DNA from: Nannocystis bainbridge
Lineage (GTDB): Bacteria > Myxococcota_A > Polyangia > Nannocystales > Nannocystaceae
DNA: 64,000 bases
Assembly: GCF_028368995.1 (NCBI RefSeq)
Contig: NZ_JAQNDL010000004.1
Location: 576,001 to 640,000 of the forward strand
Direction of reading: 5' to 3'
How positions within the stretch are numbered: the stretch's first letter is position 1; the number at the start of each line of letters is the position of its first letter. Under the pieces are notes generated by a model. It was not told the origin of the DNA, made no database searches, and was given only the letters and a program-made list of their open reading frames with translations. Positions 1-10,422 of the stretch are shown here, piece by piece. Both the position numbers and the translations under genes were made by a program.

Positions 1-2
1 GC

Positions 3-140
3 ATGCGCCGCGTCGACGCCGGGGCCGGCGGGACCGCGCCGGCCACCGGGTCGAGCGTCGCCGGCCTCGCGGGCGCGAGCGGCAAGACGGCGGCGGTCGC
101 CACCATCCCGGCGAACTACGACGACCTGACCTGCCAGTGA
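3..140 (+). CDS. 3' end of an unknown gene entering the window
   Basis: Open frame with G/C-ending codons, ...KTAAVATIPANYDDLTCQ, stop TGA at 138-140. Confidence 0.6.
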   Translation: MRRVDAGAGGTAPATGSSVAGLAGASGKTAAVATIPANYDDLTCQ

Positions 141-150
141 CGGATGGCTG

Positions 151-222
151 AACGGACATGTCGTGAAGGACATGTCCGTTCGGGAATGGCAAAAAGGGCA
201 TGTCCTCGCGGACATGCCCTTT
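151..222. repeat. 14-bp tile cluster (two TGTCC-N4-GGACA pairs, each a long inverted repeat)
   Basis: AACGGACATGTC-gtgaag-GACATGTCCGTT (151-180) and AAAGGGCATGTCC-tcgc-GGACATGCCCTTT (193-222), between convergent genes. Confidence 0.9.
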
Positions 223-253
223 CATACATGGCGACCGGGCGCCGGCGCGCGGC

Positions 254-1753
254 TCACATCGGAAGGATGCTGAGCAGCTGGCCGCCCGTCATGTCCGAGT
301 AGACGTAGTGGCTGCCGGGGATCTGGACCTGCTGCATGCCGGGGACGTTGTCGGGGTCGATCTTCCAGGCCCAGCCCTCCTGATCGACCAGCCACACGAA
401 CTTCTCGGCGTCGACGCTGAGGCCGATCGCGGTCGAGCAGGGGTTGGTGTTGTGGCTGGCGACCAGCGTCTTGGTCTGGCGGTCGATCTGCAGCAGCGCG
501 CACGGGCCGTTGGAGGCGACCCACACGTGGTCGGCGTCGGCCGTGATGCCGCGGAAGCAGGCGTTGGTGCCGGGCACCGAGGTGTACTGCTCGGTGTCGG
601 CGTCGAAGGTGCTGACCGGGCCGGAGCAGCCGGCGAACCACGGGTTGCCGTCGCCGTCGACGGTGAAGCCGTACGACTGGATGTTCGCCGGCGGGGTCCA
701 GCGCGACACGGTGATCGGGTTCTGGTCGGTGTTGATGCGCAGGAACTCGCCGCGCAGGCCGCCGAACCACGGGCGGAACTCGGGGTCGAGCGCGCCGCCG
801 TAGGGGGCGTAGCCCTGGCCGTTCCAGCCGGGCACCTGGACCGTCTCCTCGACGGTGCCGGTCTCGCCGTCGACGCGCACGAAGTGAGCGGCGCCGCCGG
901 GCGCGTTGTAGCCGAGCCACACCTTGGGCTGGACGTACTTGCAGAGATCGTAGTCCCAGGTGCCGGGCGTCCAGGTGACGCCGCGCGGGCCGTTGGAGAA
1001 GCCGCCGGCGAACGGCCACTGGTGCGTCCAGAGCAGACACTCGTCGGCCAGCCACGGGCGGACGTCGTTCTTGTTCTGCGAGGTGTCGATCATGCCGTTG
1101 CCGTTCTTGTCGACGCAGTCGGCGATGTCGGCGGCGAACATGGAGGAGCTGCCGGTCTGGCGGTTGTTGACGACGACGAAGCGGCCGTCGGCGCTGACGG
1201 CGGTGCGCGAGGGGCTGTCGCCGCCGGGGCCGGTCTTGTAGCGGGCGACCTCGACGAGCGTCTGCGTGTTGATCTTGGCGACGTCGCTGAGGTCCTGGCT
1301 GGGGACCCAGATGAAGCTCTTCTCGACCGGGCCCATGCCGACGCCGTCGCCGGGCTCGCACACCGGGTTGTTGCCGGTGGTGCCGGTGGTGGTGGTGCCC
1401 TCGGTGGTGGTGGTGCCCTCGGTGGTGGTCGTCGAGGTGGTGCTCGTCGTCGTCGCGGTCGTGGTCGTGGTGGTGTCAGGACCGGTCGAGGTCGGCGAGA
1501 TGGTGGTCGTCGGCGAGGTGGTCGAAGTCGTCGTCGTCATGCCGTCGGACTCCGAGCCCGAGGCCATGGTGGGGCTGGTCGAGTCGGTGCCGGTCGGCAC
1601 CGTCGCCGTGGTCCCGGTCGGCGGGTCCACCGTCGAACCCTGGGTCATGCCGGCCGACTCGGTGCCGGTTGCCGTCCCCGAGTCTCCGCACGCCGTGAGC
1701 CCCACCGCCAGGGGCGCCGCCAACCACCACTTGCCAACGCTTGTCTTCTGCAT
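254..1753 (-). CDS. Lipoprotein with Thr-rich linker and a Vgb/lyase-like beta-propeller domain
   Basis: Signal peptide with lipobox LAVGLTAC, long Thr/Ser linker, SPSRTAVS motif, DKNGNGMIDTS Ca-loop-like motif, C-terminal YVYSDMTG. Confidence 0.75.
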   Translation of the reverse strand: MQKTSVGKWWLAAPLAVGLTACGDSGTATGTESAGMTQGSTVDPPTGTTATVPTGTDSTSPTMASGSESDGMTTTTSTTSPTTTISPTSTGPDTTTTTTATTTSTTSTTTTEGTTTTEGTTTTGTTGNNPVCEPGDGVGMGPVEKSFIWVPSQDLSDVAKINTQTLVEVARYKTGPGGDSPSRTAVSADGRFVVVNNRQTGSSSMFAADIADCVDKNGNGMIDTSQNKNDVRPWLADECLLWTHQWPFAGGFSNGPRGVTWTPGTWDYDLCKYVQPKVWLGYNAPGGAAHFVRVDGETGTVEETVQVPGWNGQGYAPYGGALDPEFRPWFGGLRGEFLRINTDQNPITVSRWTPPANIQSYGFTVDGDGNPWFAGCSGPVSTFDADTEQYTSVPGTNACFRGITADADHVWVASNGPCALLQIDRQTKTLVASHNTNPCSTAIGLSVDAEKFVWLVDQEGWAWKIDPDNVPGMQQVQIPGSHYVYSDMTGGQLLSILPM

Positions 1754-2052
1754 GGTTCCCATCATGCGAGATCGAGGTGAAGTTCGGTGGTTGGTCGAGT
1801 GGATTGTCCCGTTTAAAGATGAGTGGATCCTCTCTGGTCGATTCCGCTCGCTGGCGCGTTCTCGCGCGGGAGGAGGGATCGAAGCTGTCGCACAGGACAT
1901 GTCTCGAGAGACAGGATGGATGCGCCGAGCGGGCGTTACCGCGGGCGTTGCGAGGCTTCAGGGGCCCGTGGGAGCGATTGCAAGCGAGGCCGGGGTCGTT
2001 CGCACGCCCCGAAACGAGGACCGGGAGGCCGGGTCGGCGGTATCCTGGAGCG

Positions 2053-2610
2053 GTGCGCGACTTTGCGGATGCGTGGCGGGCTCATTTCGGCGACGTGCCG
2101 CCGGTCGGCTGGCGCCTGCGCGAGCAGGCCAGCGAGCGGTGGCTGCGGATCCACGGCCTGCCCGGGTCGAAGCGTTACCCCGAGACCGCGGCGGAGCGGG
2201 CGGAGATCCACCACCGCCACGAGACGCTCGCGGCGGAGCTGTTCGCGGCGAGCGAGGGCGCGTGCTGGGTCGTCGTTCCGGCCTGGGGAGCGGCGAACGA
2301 GGCGGGTCCGCAACTGCCGGGGCTGGCCGATCTGCGGTTCGCGATCGGCTGGCGCCCGGGTCACGCGAGCGAGGACGAGCCGACGTTCGCCCACGTCGCG
2401 CCCGCTCGCTGGTCCGCGCCCGCGACGCGAGCGGCACGAGAGCTCGTGATCGAGGACAGCCTCCGCGTGCTGTGGGTGGCCCGCGAGACGCTCGAGGTGT
2501 TCGCGCCGTACGACGGCGGGGTCGACGTCATCGCCGCGGACGTGGTCCGCCGCGACGCGCTGGCGCAGCGCTTCGGATCGTGGCGATCGCCGCGGCCCGA
2601 CGGGCTCTGA
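2053..2610 (+). CDS. Conserved hypothetical protein (DUF3885-like)
   Basis: WLRIHGLPGSKRYP and FAPYDGGVDVI motifs; GTG start at 2053 is my estimate. Confidence 0.6.
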   Translation: MRDFADAWRAHFGDVPPVGWRLREQASERWLRIHGLPGSKRYPETAAERAEIHHRHETLAAELFAASEGACWVVVPAWGAANEAGPQLPGLADLRFAIGWRPGHASEDEPTFAHVAPARWSAPATRAARELVIEDSLRVLWVARETLEVFAPYDGGVDVIAADVVRRDALAQRFGSWRSPRPDGL

Positions 2611-2793
2611 AGATAGGAGCGCTCTCGCGGCGCCGAGCCGCGATCCGGCGCTCGATCGGTGATGAGGAGTTCGCGGTCGGCCCGCGCGGGGATGTCGCGC
2701 TGCGTGTGCCTCGGTTGCGCGGGAGGGCGCCGGCCTGCGGGCCGGTGGCCCGAGGGCGACACCGGGGGCCGGGCCGGCAGGTATGGTGCCGCC

Positions 2794-3933
2794 ATGCGAA
2801 CGACTTACCTCTTGTTGGCCGCCGCGCTGCTCCCTGCCTGCAACGGCGGCGCGAGCGACTCCACCGCCGATGCGTCGGCCGGGACGGGCATCACCGGCGT
2901 GACGGGGCAGGGGCTCACGAGCACCAGCGACGCCACGAGCGACGGCGGCACGGCGGGGCCGACCAGCGAGGGCAGCGGCTCGGCGAGCGAGAGCGACAGC
3001 GAGACGCCGACGACCGGGACGCCGGGCACCAGCTCGAGCACCACCGACGAGGCGACCACGGCGACGACGACGACGACGACCGACGCGACGAGCACGACGT
3101 CGACCACGACCGCCGCGACCACCGAGCAGACGAGCACGACCGGCGTGATCGAGGAGAAGTGCCCGTGCCCCGACCTCGAGGTGCCGCTCGACGACGGGAT
3201 CTTCGTGCTCTCGAAGACGGCGCAGCTGTGGAAGTACTTCCCGCAGACGCACGATTTCGAGCTGCTGGGCCCGGCGACCTGCGGGCTGGCGCCTTCGACG
3301 TTCTCGATGGGGGTCGACCGCGAGGGCTTCGCGTGGGTGCAGTACAGCGACATGAAGCTGCGCAAGATCGACGTGACCGACACCACGCAGTGCAGCGACC
3401 CGGGCTTCGTGCCGATGCAGAACGGGATCGAGAATTTCGGGATGGCGTTCGTGTCGAACAGCGCCGACGACAAGTGCGACCGGATCTACGGCAACCACTA
3501 CAACGGGGTCGCCAACGGCGACATGGTCAGCGAGTTCTTCAGCGTCGACCCGGATACGCTCGCGGTGGCGCCGCACGGGCTCAGCGACTACGGGCTGGCC
3601 GAAGTGACAGGCACGGGCGACGGCCGGGCGTTCCTGTTCGCCGGGCCCGATCCGTCGGTGCTCGTGGAGGTCGACAAGGCGACCGGCGCGACCCTGGACG
3701 TGACGCCGCTGCCGGGGGTCAAGACCGGCGGCGGCTTCGCGTTCGCGTTCTTCGCCGGCGACTTCTACTTCTTCACCGACAAGGAGTCCGACAGCACCAG
3801 CGAGGTGACCCACCTCGACTACGACGACAGCGACAACAACGGCCAGCAAGACCTCAAGGTCGTGGTCGAGGACGCGCCGCTGCGGATCGTCGGCGCCGGG
3901 GTGTCGACCTGCGCGCCGCTCATCCCGCAGTGA
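2794..3933 (+). CDS. Myxobacterial lipoprotein with Thr-rich linker and predicted propeller domain
   Basis: MRTTYLLLAAALLPAC lipobox, Thr-rich linker, FSMGVDREG, FAFAFFAGDFYFFT, C-terminal IVGAGVSTCAP. Confidence 0.75.
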   Translation: MRTTYLLLAAALLPACNGGASDSTADASAGTGITGVTGQGLTSTSDATSDGGTAGPTSEGSGSASESDSETPTTGTPGTSSSTTDEATTATTTTTTDATSTTSTTTAATTEQTSTTGVIEEKCPCPDLEVPLDDGIFVLSKTAQLWKYFPQTHDFELLGPATCGLAPSTFSMGVDREGFAWVQYSDMKLRKIDVTDTTQCSDPGFVPMQNGIENFGMAFVSNSADDKCDRIYGNHYNGVANGDMVSEFFSVDPDTLAVAPHGLSDYGLAEVTGTGDGRAFLFAGPDPSVLVEVDKATGATLDVTPLPGVKTGGGFAFAFFAGDFYFFTDKESDSTSEVTHLDYDDSDNNGQQDLKVVVEDAPLRIVGAGVSTCAPLIPQ

Positions 3934-3940
3934 CGCAGCG

Positions 3941-4026
3941 GCGCCTGTCTCTCGGGTCATATCCTCGGGGTCATGCAGGCTGATCCTTGAGGGTGTCTTA
4001 AAGGGCATGTCCGAAGGGACATGCCC
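3941..4026. repeat. 14-bp tile cluster
   Basis: 10-bp cores at 3941/3955/3969 and 3989/4003/4017, e.g. GGGCATGTCC-gaag-GGACATGCCC. Confidence 0.8.
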
Positions 4027-4499
4027 GAACTCACGCGCTCGGTCCGGGTCAGCGAGCTGGCGAGCGTGCGGCGCCGACCGCCGGCGCCGGCCTCGGCGAG
4101 CCAGCGGGCGCGACCGTCCGCCTCGCGCGGGGCATCACCGCGTCGGCGGCCGCTCGCGCGGCGTCGCTGCGATGGCGCCGGACCGTGCCGGCCGATCGCC
4201 GGCAGGCCGGCGCGGGGCTTGGAGGAGGCGCTACCTCTTTGCAGTGTCGACCTGCAGGGGTCGCTGCTCGACGGCGGGCGGGTCGGCGATCCCTCGAGCA
4301 GAGTTCGGTCACGGGGTCTCGAAGCCGCGCGTGTGTGCAGCGGCCTGCGCGCGGCCCAGCGGCGGAGACGGACGCCGCAGGCCTGGTCGCCAGAACTCCA
4401 GCTTCGCCGCCGGCCGCACGGTTGAGTTTTCTTACCCCCACCCACTCCCCCGGAGTAGGCTTGGCGACGCATAACAGTCGCCGAGCGCACGAGGTACCG

Positions 4500-6290
4500 A
4501 TGAGCGAGACCAAGACGAAACACCAAGAGCTGCAACGCTTTGTCGACGAGTGGGCGGCGCGGTGCAAGCCGGACCGCGTCGAGTGGTGCGACGGCTCGGA
4601 CGCCGAGTACGATCGGATGCTGGGGCTGCTGATCGAGAGCGGCGCCGCCATCCGCCTCAACCCCGAGAAGCGACCCAACAGCGTCCTGGTGCGCTCGGAC
4701 CCGCGCGACGTGGCGCGTGTCGAGAGCCGGACGTTCATCTGCAGCGCGTCGCGGGAGGGCGCGGGCCCGACCAATAATTGGGAAGACCCGCTGGTGATGC
4801 GCAAGAAGCTGAACGGGCTCTACGACGGCTGCATGCGCGGGCGCACCATGTACGTGGTGCCGTTCTGCATGGGCCCGCTGGGCTCGCCGATCGCCCAGAT
4901 CGGCGTGCAGCTGAGCGACTCGCCGTACGTGGTCGCCAACATGAAGATCATGACCCGCATGGGCAAGGCGGTGCTCGACGTGCTCGGCGAGGACGGCCGC
5001 TTCGTCAAGGCGGTCCACTCGGTCGGTCAGCCGCTCGAGCCCGGCGACGCCGGCCCCGCGTGGCCGTGCAACCCCGAGAACACGTACATCACGCACTTCC
5101 CCGAGAAGCGCACGATCCTGTCTTTCGGCAGCGGCTACGGCGGCAATGCGCTGCTCGGCAAGAAGTGCTTCGCGCTCCGCATCGCCTCGGCGATGGCCCG
5201 CGACGAGGGCTGGCTGGCCGAGCACATGCTCATCCTCGGCGTCGAGGGCCCCGACGGCAAGAAGACCTACGTGACCGCGGCGTTCCCCAGCGCGTGCGGC
5301 AAGACCAACTTCGCCATGCTCATCCCGCCCAAGGAGATGACCGGCTGGAAGGTCACCTGCGTAGGCGACGACATCGCCTGGCTCAAGCCGGACGCCGAGG
5401 GCAACCTGCGCGCGATCAACCCGGAGGCCGGGTTCTTCGGCGTGGCCCCGGGCACGTCGATGGAGACCAACCCCAACGCGATGATCTCGTGCGCGCGCGA
5501 CTCGATCTTCACCAACGTCGCGCTGACCGACGACGGCGACGTGTGGTGGGAGGGCATGACGAAGGAGACGCCGAAGCACCTGGTCGATTGGACAGGCAAG
5601 GACTGGACCCCGGACTGCGGCCGCAACGCGGCCCACCCGAACGCCCGCTTCACCGCGCCGGCCCGCAACTGCCCGGTCATCGACCCCGAGTGGGAGAACC
5701 CCGCCGGCGTGCCGATCCGCGCCATCATCTTCGGCGGCCGGCGCATGAACGACGTGCCGCTGGTCTACCAGGCGTTCAACTGGTCGCACGGCGTGTACAT
5801 CGGCGCGACCATGGGCTCGGAGCAGACGGCCGCGGCCGAGGGCCAGGTCGGGGCGCTGCGCCGCGATCCGATGGCGATGCTGCCGTTCTGCGGCTACAAC
5901 ATGGGCGACTACTTCCGCCACTGGCTGTCGATGGCCAAGCGCGTGAAGGAGCCGCCGCGGATCTTCCACGTCAACTGGTTCCGCAAGCAGGACGGCAAGT
6001 TCATGTGGCCGGGCTTCGGCCAGAACATGCGCGTGCTGCGGTGGGTGGTCGAGCGCTCGCGCGGCCAGGCCATCGGCGTCGAGTCGCCGCTCGGGTGGAT
6101 CCCGCACTACCACGACATCGACTGGCGCGGCCTCGACTTCTCCGAGAAGCAGTGGGACGAGCTGATGGGCTACGCCCGCGACCGCGTCAAGAAGCAGACG
6201 CTGTCGCACGAGGAGCTGTTCCTCGAGCTGTCCGAGGCGCTGCCGAAGACGATGATCTTCGAGCGCGAGCTGCTGATCAGCCGCCTGTGA
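4500..6290 (+). CDS. pckG: Phosphoenolpyruvate carboxykinase (GTP)
   Basis: [53 protein letters not shown]. Confidence 0.97.
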   Translation: MSETKTKHQELQRFVDEWAARCKPDRVEWCDGSDAEYDRMLGLLIESGAAIRLNPEKRPNSVLVRSDPRDVARVESRTFICSASREGAGPTNNWEDPLVMRKKLNGLYDGCMRGRTMYVVPFCMGPLGSPIAQIGVQLSDSPYVVANMKIMTRMGKAVLDVLGEDGRFVKAVHSVGQPLEPGDAGPAWPCNPENTYITHFPEKRTILSFGSGYGGNALLGKKCFALRIASAMARDEGWLAEHMLILGVEGPDGKKTYVTAAFPSACGKTNFAMLIPPKEMTGWKVTCVGDDIAWLKPDAEGNLRAINPEAGFFGVAPGTSMETNPNAMISCARDSIFTNVALTDDGDVWWEGMTKETPKHLVDWTGKDWTPDCGRNAAHPNARFTAPARNCPVIDPEWENPAGVPIRAIIFGGRRMNDVPLVYQAFNWSHGVYIGATMGSEQTAAAEGQVGALRRDPMAMLPFCGYNMGDYFRHWLSMAKRVKEPPRIFHVNWFRKQDGKFMWPGFGQNMRVLRWVVERSRGQAIGVESPLGWIPHYHDIDWRGLDFSEKQWDELMGYARDRVKKQTLSHEELFLELSEALPKTMIFERELLISRL

Positions 6291-6310
6291 GCGCGGATGC
6301 GTGAAGGAGG

Positions 6311-6376
6311 GGCCGTGGCCTTCGGGCCATGGCCCTTCGTATATGTCCGAAAGGACATGTCTTCCGGGTCATGGCA
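6311..6376. repeat. 14-bp tile array (5 cores)
   Basis: Cores at 6311, 6325, 6339 (GTATATGTCC), 6353 (GGACATGTCT), 6367; convergent junction. Confidence 0.85.
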
Positions 6377-8192
6377 CTTCGGACAGCCAGGCGGCGACGT
6401 CGGCGCGCAGCTCGACCGGGCGGTCGTAGGTGACGGCGTGGGAGGCGTCGTAGGGGGCGAGGCGGATGGTGCGCAGGCCGGGGTCGGGCTCGCCGGGGAA
6501 GGCGTCCTGGCGGAACTGGACGTGCAGCTCGCCGGGGCGCTCGCTGCCGCGGGGCAGGTCGTCGACGCGCTCGACTTCGACGACGAGGGACTTGAAGACC
6601 TCGAGGGTGGGGGCGATCGAGGGGCCCCACACGGCGAGGTCGCGGGCGGCGTCGGTGATGAAGACGCGGGCGTAAGCGAGGTCGTGGAGGAACAGGGCGC
6701 CGTAGTGCGGGTCCATCGAGTGGACGCCGGCCATGATCGCGGCCGGGCCGCGAAAGCCGTCGAGCGCCTCGACCGAGAACGGCAGGTAGTAGCGGTCCCA
6801 GGCCGGGAGGGCGCCGAGGTGGTCGGCGAGATCGGGGGCGTCGGCGGGGTAGTCGCCGGGGTTGCGCACGCGGAAGGCGTTGGGGCGATCGGCAGCGGCG
6901 AGGCCGTCGATGGCCTCGGGCGCGACCTGCAAGACGGCGGCGAGGGTGTCGCGGCGCGACAGGCCGGCGCGGGTGCTGGCGAACAGGTCACCGAGCCAGG
7001 AGGTAGGGCCGGCGATGTCGTAGCGGCTGCGGCCGGCGCCCTCGACGAAGTTGATGACGTTGGACCACGGGTCGCACGGGACCGGCTTGGCGGCGCAGGC
7101 GACGAACTCGAGGCCGAGGCTGTCCGCGAGGACATGTACCGGGGAACCTGGCGCTTCGAGCAGGTCGCCGGCGCGGGCCTGCTGGACCGAGCCGGCCAGG
7201 CTGGGCTGGACGAGCACGAGGTTGCCGAGAGCGGCGCCGACGAGGTCGGGGCCCGGCGGGTCGGCGTCGGGGAAGCGGGCGGCGAGGTGCCCGGCGATCG
7301 CGGCGGCGAGGGCAGGGTCGCGGTAGCGGCCAGGGCCGGCCTCGTAGCGGGCCGGGAACAGCAGCATGTGGAGGAGGATCGAGGCGCGGATGCCCCCGTA
7401 GCTCTCGCCGACGAGGACGAGGCGGCGACCGGCGAGCTCGGGGTGGTGGTCCCAGAAGCGCAGGAGGGCGCGGGCGAAGTCGGCGGCGTCGAGGTAGCTG
7501 TTGAAGTTGCGGCTGTTGAGCTCGGCCGAGCGCGCTGACATCGGCGAAGGGTCGGCGATCGATTGCTGCGAGAAGCCGGTGTTGCGGGCGTCGAGGTAGA
7601 GGAGGTGGCCGAGGGCGGTCCAGGGCGCGGGGCTGGGCACGGGCTCGAGGTCGGCGCCGAAGGTCTGCGGGGCGGTGTTGCCGGCGAGGATGAGGCCCGT
7701 GGACACGCCGGGGCCGCCGTTGAAGAGGAGCAGGAGCGGGGCGTCGCCAGGATCGTGGTCGGCGGGCTGAAAGCTGTAGAAGAGCCGCGCCGGCGAACTG
7801 GTCATGGCGATGACGGTGTCGCCCTCGCCGATCTGGTAGTCGACGCCCTCGACGTCGAGATAACCTGCCTCGGGGGACAGGTCGGGACAGTGACAGAGGA
7901 AGACGTCGTCCTCGCAGGTGCAGGTGGCGCACGGCGGAGGGGCATCGCAGCCGGTCGGGATGCTGGTGGTGGGAGCGGCGGTGGTCGAGGTCGAGGTGGT
8001 GCTCGTCGAGGTCGAGGTCGTCGTCGTCGGCGAGGTCGAGATCGAGGTCGAGGTCGAGGTCGTGGGCGGATCGAGCGAGGTGGTGGAGGTGGTGGTCGCG
8101 GCGCTCGAGGTGCTGTCGCTGTCGCCGGCCGGCGGCTCGGGACAGGCCTCCAGGAGCAGCGGCAGGGCAGCCAGGCGCAGGCGCGGCGACAT
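6369..8192 (-). CDS. Exported serine carboxypeptidase, family S10, with Thr-rich N-terminal linker
   Basis: LLFNGGPGVS, YLDARNTGFS, nucleophile motif VGESYGG, C-terminal ASHAV; N-terminal signal ending LLLEAC. Confidence 0.85.
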   Translation of the reverse strand: MSPRLRLAALPLLLEACPEPPAGDSDSTSSAATTTSTTSLDPPTTSTSTSISTSPTTTTSTSTSTTSTSTTAAPTTSIPTGCDAPPPCATCTCEDDVFLCHCPDLSPEAGYLDVEGVDYQIGEGDTVIAMTSSPARLFYSFQPADHDPGDAPLLLLFNGGPGVSTGLILAGNTAPQTFGADLEPVPSPAPWTALGHLLYLDARNTGFSQQSIADPSPMSARSAELNSRNFNSYLDAADFARALLRFWDHHPELAGRRLVLVGESYGGIRASILLHMLLFPARYEAGPGRYRDPALAAAIAGHLAARFPDADPPGPDLVGAALGNLVLVQPSLAGSVQQARAGDLLEAPGSPVHVLADSLGLEFVACAAKPVPCDPWSNVINFVEGAGRSRYDIAGPTSWLGDLFASTRAGLSRRDTLAAVLQVAPEAIDGLAAADRPNAFRVRNPGDYPADAPDLADHLGALPAWDRYYLPFSVEALDGFRGPAAIMAGVHSMDPHYGALFLHDLAYARVFITDAARDLAVWGPSIAPTLEVFKSLVVEVERVDDLPRGSERPGELHVQFRQDAFPGEPDPGLRTIRLAPYDASHAVTYDRPVELRADVAAWLSEVP

Positions 8193-8273
8193 GGGCCGAG
8201 GGTAACGCGGCGAGCCGCGCAAGTGCGCGCCCAGCCGCGCCGCTGACGGCGAAGGATGATACGGTCGTCGGCG

Positions 8274-9212
8274 ATGACGGGTGCGGACCTCGATCGGGTG
8301 GTGCTGGCGTTCGAACCCGGCAGTCTGGCGGTCCTCAACGTGGTGCTGGCGCTGGTGATGGTCGGGGTGGCGCTCGACCTGCGACCGGCCGACTTCGCAT
8401 CGGTGCTCCGTCACCCGCGCGCGGCGGTGGTCGGGCTCCTGGGACAGGTGGTGGTGCTGCCGGCGTTGACGTTCGCGCTGGTGTCGGTGCTCGACCTGCC
8501 GGCGAGCGTGGCGCTGGGGATGATCCTGGTGGCGGCGTGCCCCGGCGGCAACATGTCGAACTTCATCACCCACCTGGCCCGCGGCAACACGGAGCTGTCG
8601 GTGACGATGACGGCGATCGGGACGGTGCTGGCGGTGGTGACGACGCCGCTCAACCTGGCCTTTTGGTCATCCATGTCGGCGGACACGGCGGCGCTGGTCC
8701 GCGCGGTCGAGCTGTCGTCCCGCGAGCTGGTGACGACGGTGCTGGCGGTGCTGGGGGCCCCGCTGGCGCTGGGGATGCTGATCGCGGCGCGGCGGCCCCG
8801 GCTGGCGAGCCGGCTGCGCGCGCCGTTCAAGCTGCTGTCGCTCGGCTGCCTGGCGCTGTTCATCGTGATCGGGCTGAGCCGCAACGCGGCGACCCTGGCC
8901 GACCACTGGGCGCTGCTGTGCGGAGTGGTGGCGCTGCACAACGCGGCGGCGCTGCTGTCGGGCTGGCTGGTCGCAAGGACAGCCGGGCTGCCGGGCCGCG
9001 ACCGCCGGGCGATCGCGATCGAGGTGGGGATCCAAAACGCCGGGCTGGCGATGGTGCTGGCGTTCGATTTCTTCCCGGGGCTCGGCGGGACGGCGATGAT
9101 CGCGGCCTGGTGGGGCGTGTGGCACCTGATCGCGGGGCTGTCGCTGGCGTTCGTGTGGCGCCGCCGGGCGCTGCGCGAAGAGGACGCTCAGGCCCAGGCG
9201 ACGACGACCTGA
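8274..9212 (+). CDS. Bile acid:sodium symporter family transporter
   Basis: ACPGGNMSN, GNTELSV, EVGIQNAGL motifs; multiple hydrophobic helices. Confidence 0.9.
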   Translation: MTGADLDRVVLAFEPGSLAVLNVVLALVMVGVALDLRPADFASVLRHPRAAVVGLLGQVVVLPALTFALVSVLDLPASVALGMILVAACPGGNMSNFITHLARGNTELSVTMTAIGTVLAVVTTPLNLAFWSSMSADTAALVRAVELSSRELVTTVLAVLGAPLALGMLIAARRPRLASRLRAPFKLLSLGCLALFIVIGLSRNAATLADHWALLCGVVALHNAAALLSGWLVARTAGLPGRDRRAIAIEVGIQNAGLAMVLAFDFFPGLGGTAMIAAWWGVWHLIAGLSLAFVWRRRALREEDAQAQATTT

Positions 9213-10231
9213 CGCGGGCCGCGGTACGGCAGGCGGCCGTGCGAGACGGAGAAGTTGTCGATGGCGACGACGTCGCCGGCGCGCCACGGGAACACGACCA
9301 TGTGGCGCCAGATGACGTCGCGCAGGTGCTCGAGATCGGCGGGGTCGATCTCGCTGCCGTCGCGGTGGGTGCAGTGCATCGGTAAGGCGTCAGCGGCGGT
9401 GAACCTGCGCCGCGCGCCGATCATGGCCCGGGCGAACTGCGACAGGGCGAGGCTGCGCAGGTCGCCCTGGCGGGCGTGCACGCGGCGCAGCTCGGCGGCG
9501 GCGCTGGCGGCGTGGAACACCTGGACGTGGTTGAACCACACGGGCTCGCCGGACCCGGGGTGGAGCCGCAAGGCGTCGTGCTCGCTGACGAGACGCAGCC
9601 GCTGGCCCGGTAGCCAGGTGACCTGAAAGCCCTGCTCGGCGCACTTGGCCTCGACGACGGCGCGGTCGGTGGTCAGGAACATCTCGTCCCAGCGCTTGAG
9701 CTTCCACAGGTCGAAGCGACCGCCGCCGTCCGGGCCGTTGTAGTTGCGGATGATGCGGATGCCGCCGCGGACGAAGCGGTCGCGCACGCCAGGGTCGAGG
9801 TCGGCGGCGACCCTGCGAAAGTCGCACAGGGGCGTCTCGCCGCCGCCACCCTGCGGAGCCACGAGGCAGGCGAAGAACAGCCGGCGCGGCGGGTCGCGCA
9901 GGAACGACATCTCGCAGTGCTGCGGGATCGGGTAGTAGGGCGGCAGCTCGCTGGCCGAGAACACGTACTCGCTGAGGGCGTCGCGCGGCGAGGTGCCGAG
10001 GTACTCGTTCTTGAGCCCGGGATCGATGCCCCGCGCGACCTGTTCGAGGTCGACGGGGACGCGTACGCCGAAGCCGCGCAGAAGGACGGCGCCGTGGTGT
10101 CGCAGCTGGTCGGAGAGCCAGGTGCGCTCGGCGTCGAGCCAGGCGCGCAAGGCGTCGACGCGGGCGTCACCGTCGGGCTCGACCACCGGGACGGCGCCGC
10201 CGCCGGGACCGCGGATCTCGCTGAGTCGCAT
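9188..10231 (-). CDS. TauD/TfdA-family (SyrP-like) Fe(II)/2-oxoglutarate dioxygenase
   Basis: GAVLLRGF, HCEMS (H-x-E), GGETPLCD, WFNHV, DNFSVSHGR. Confidence 0.85.
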   Translation of the reverse strand: MRLSEIRGPGGGAVPVVEPDGDARVDALRAWLDAERTWLSDQLRHHGAVLLRGFGVRVPVDLEQVARGIDPGLKNEYLGTSPRDALSEYVFSASELPPYYPIPQHCEMSFLRDPPRRLFFACLVAPQGGGGETPLCDFRRVAADLDPGVRDRFVRGGIRIIRNYNGPDGGGRFDLWKLKRWDEMFLTTDRAVVEAKCAEQGFQVTWLPGQRLRLVSEHDALRLHPGSGEPVWFNHVQVFHAASAAAELRRVHARQGDLRSLALSQFARAMIGARRRFTAADALPMHCTHRDGSEIDPADLEHLRDVIWRHMVVFPWRAGDVVAIDNFSVSHGRLPYRGPRQVVVAWA

Positions 10232-10380
10232 GCGCCGAGGTTCGCACAGAACCGCCAGGTTTGGGCGGCGCGGGCGCTCGCGCGACGGGGCGCGGCCGCG
10301 CGAGGCGAGGATGGTCTTCGGGACAGGTGCGGCGCCGGGGGGCGGCGGTTGCGAGCCTCGGGGGCAAGGCGGGCGATGTC

Positions 10381-10413
10381 GAAAATGTCCTTGGGGACAT
10401 GTCTCGACGGACA
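10381..10413. repeat. 14-bp tile cluster
   Basis: GAAAATGTCC-ttgg-GGACATGTCT-cgac-GGACA. Confidence 0.8.
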
Positions 10414-10422
10414 GCGCGGGCC

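Noticed and set aside
1370-1545. GTG/GTC-rich low-complexity tracts (also near 3060, 7980, 50580)
   Set aside because: They encode Thr-rich linkers of lipoproteins and are not independent repeat elements.
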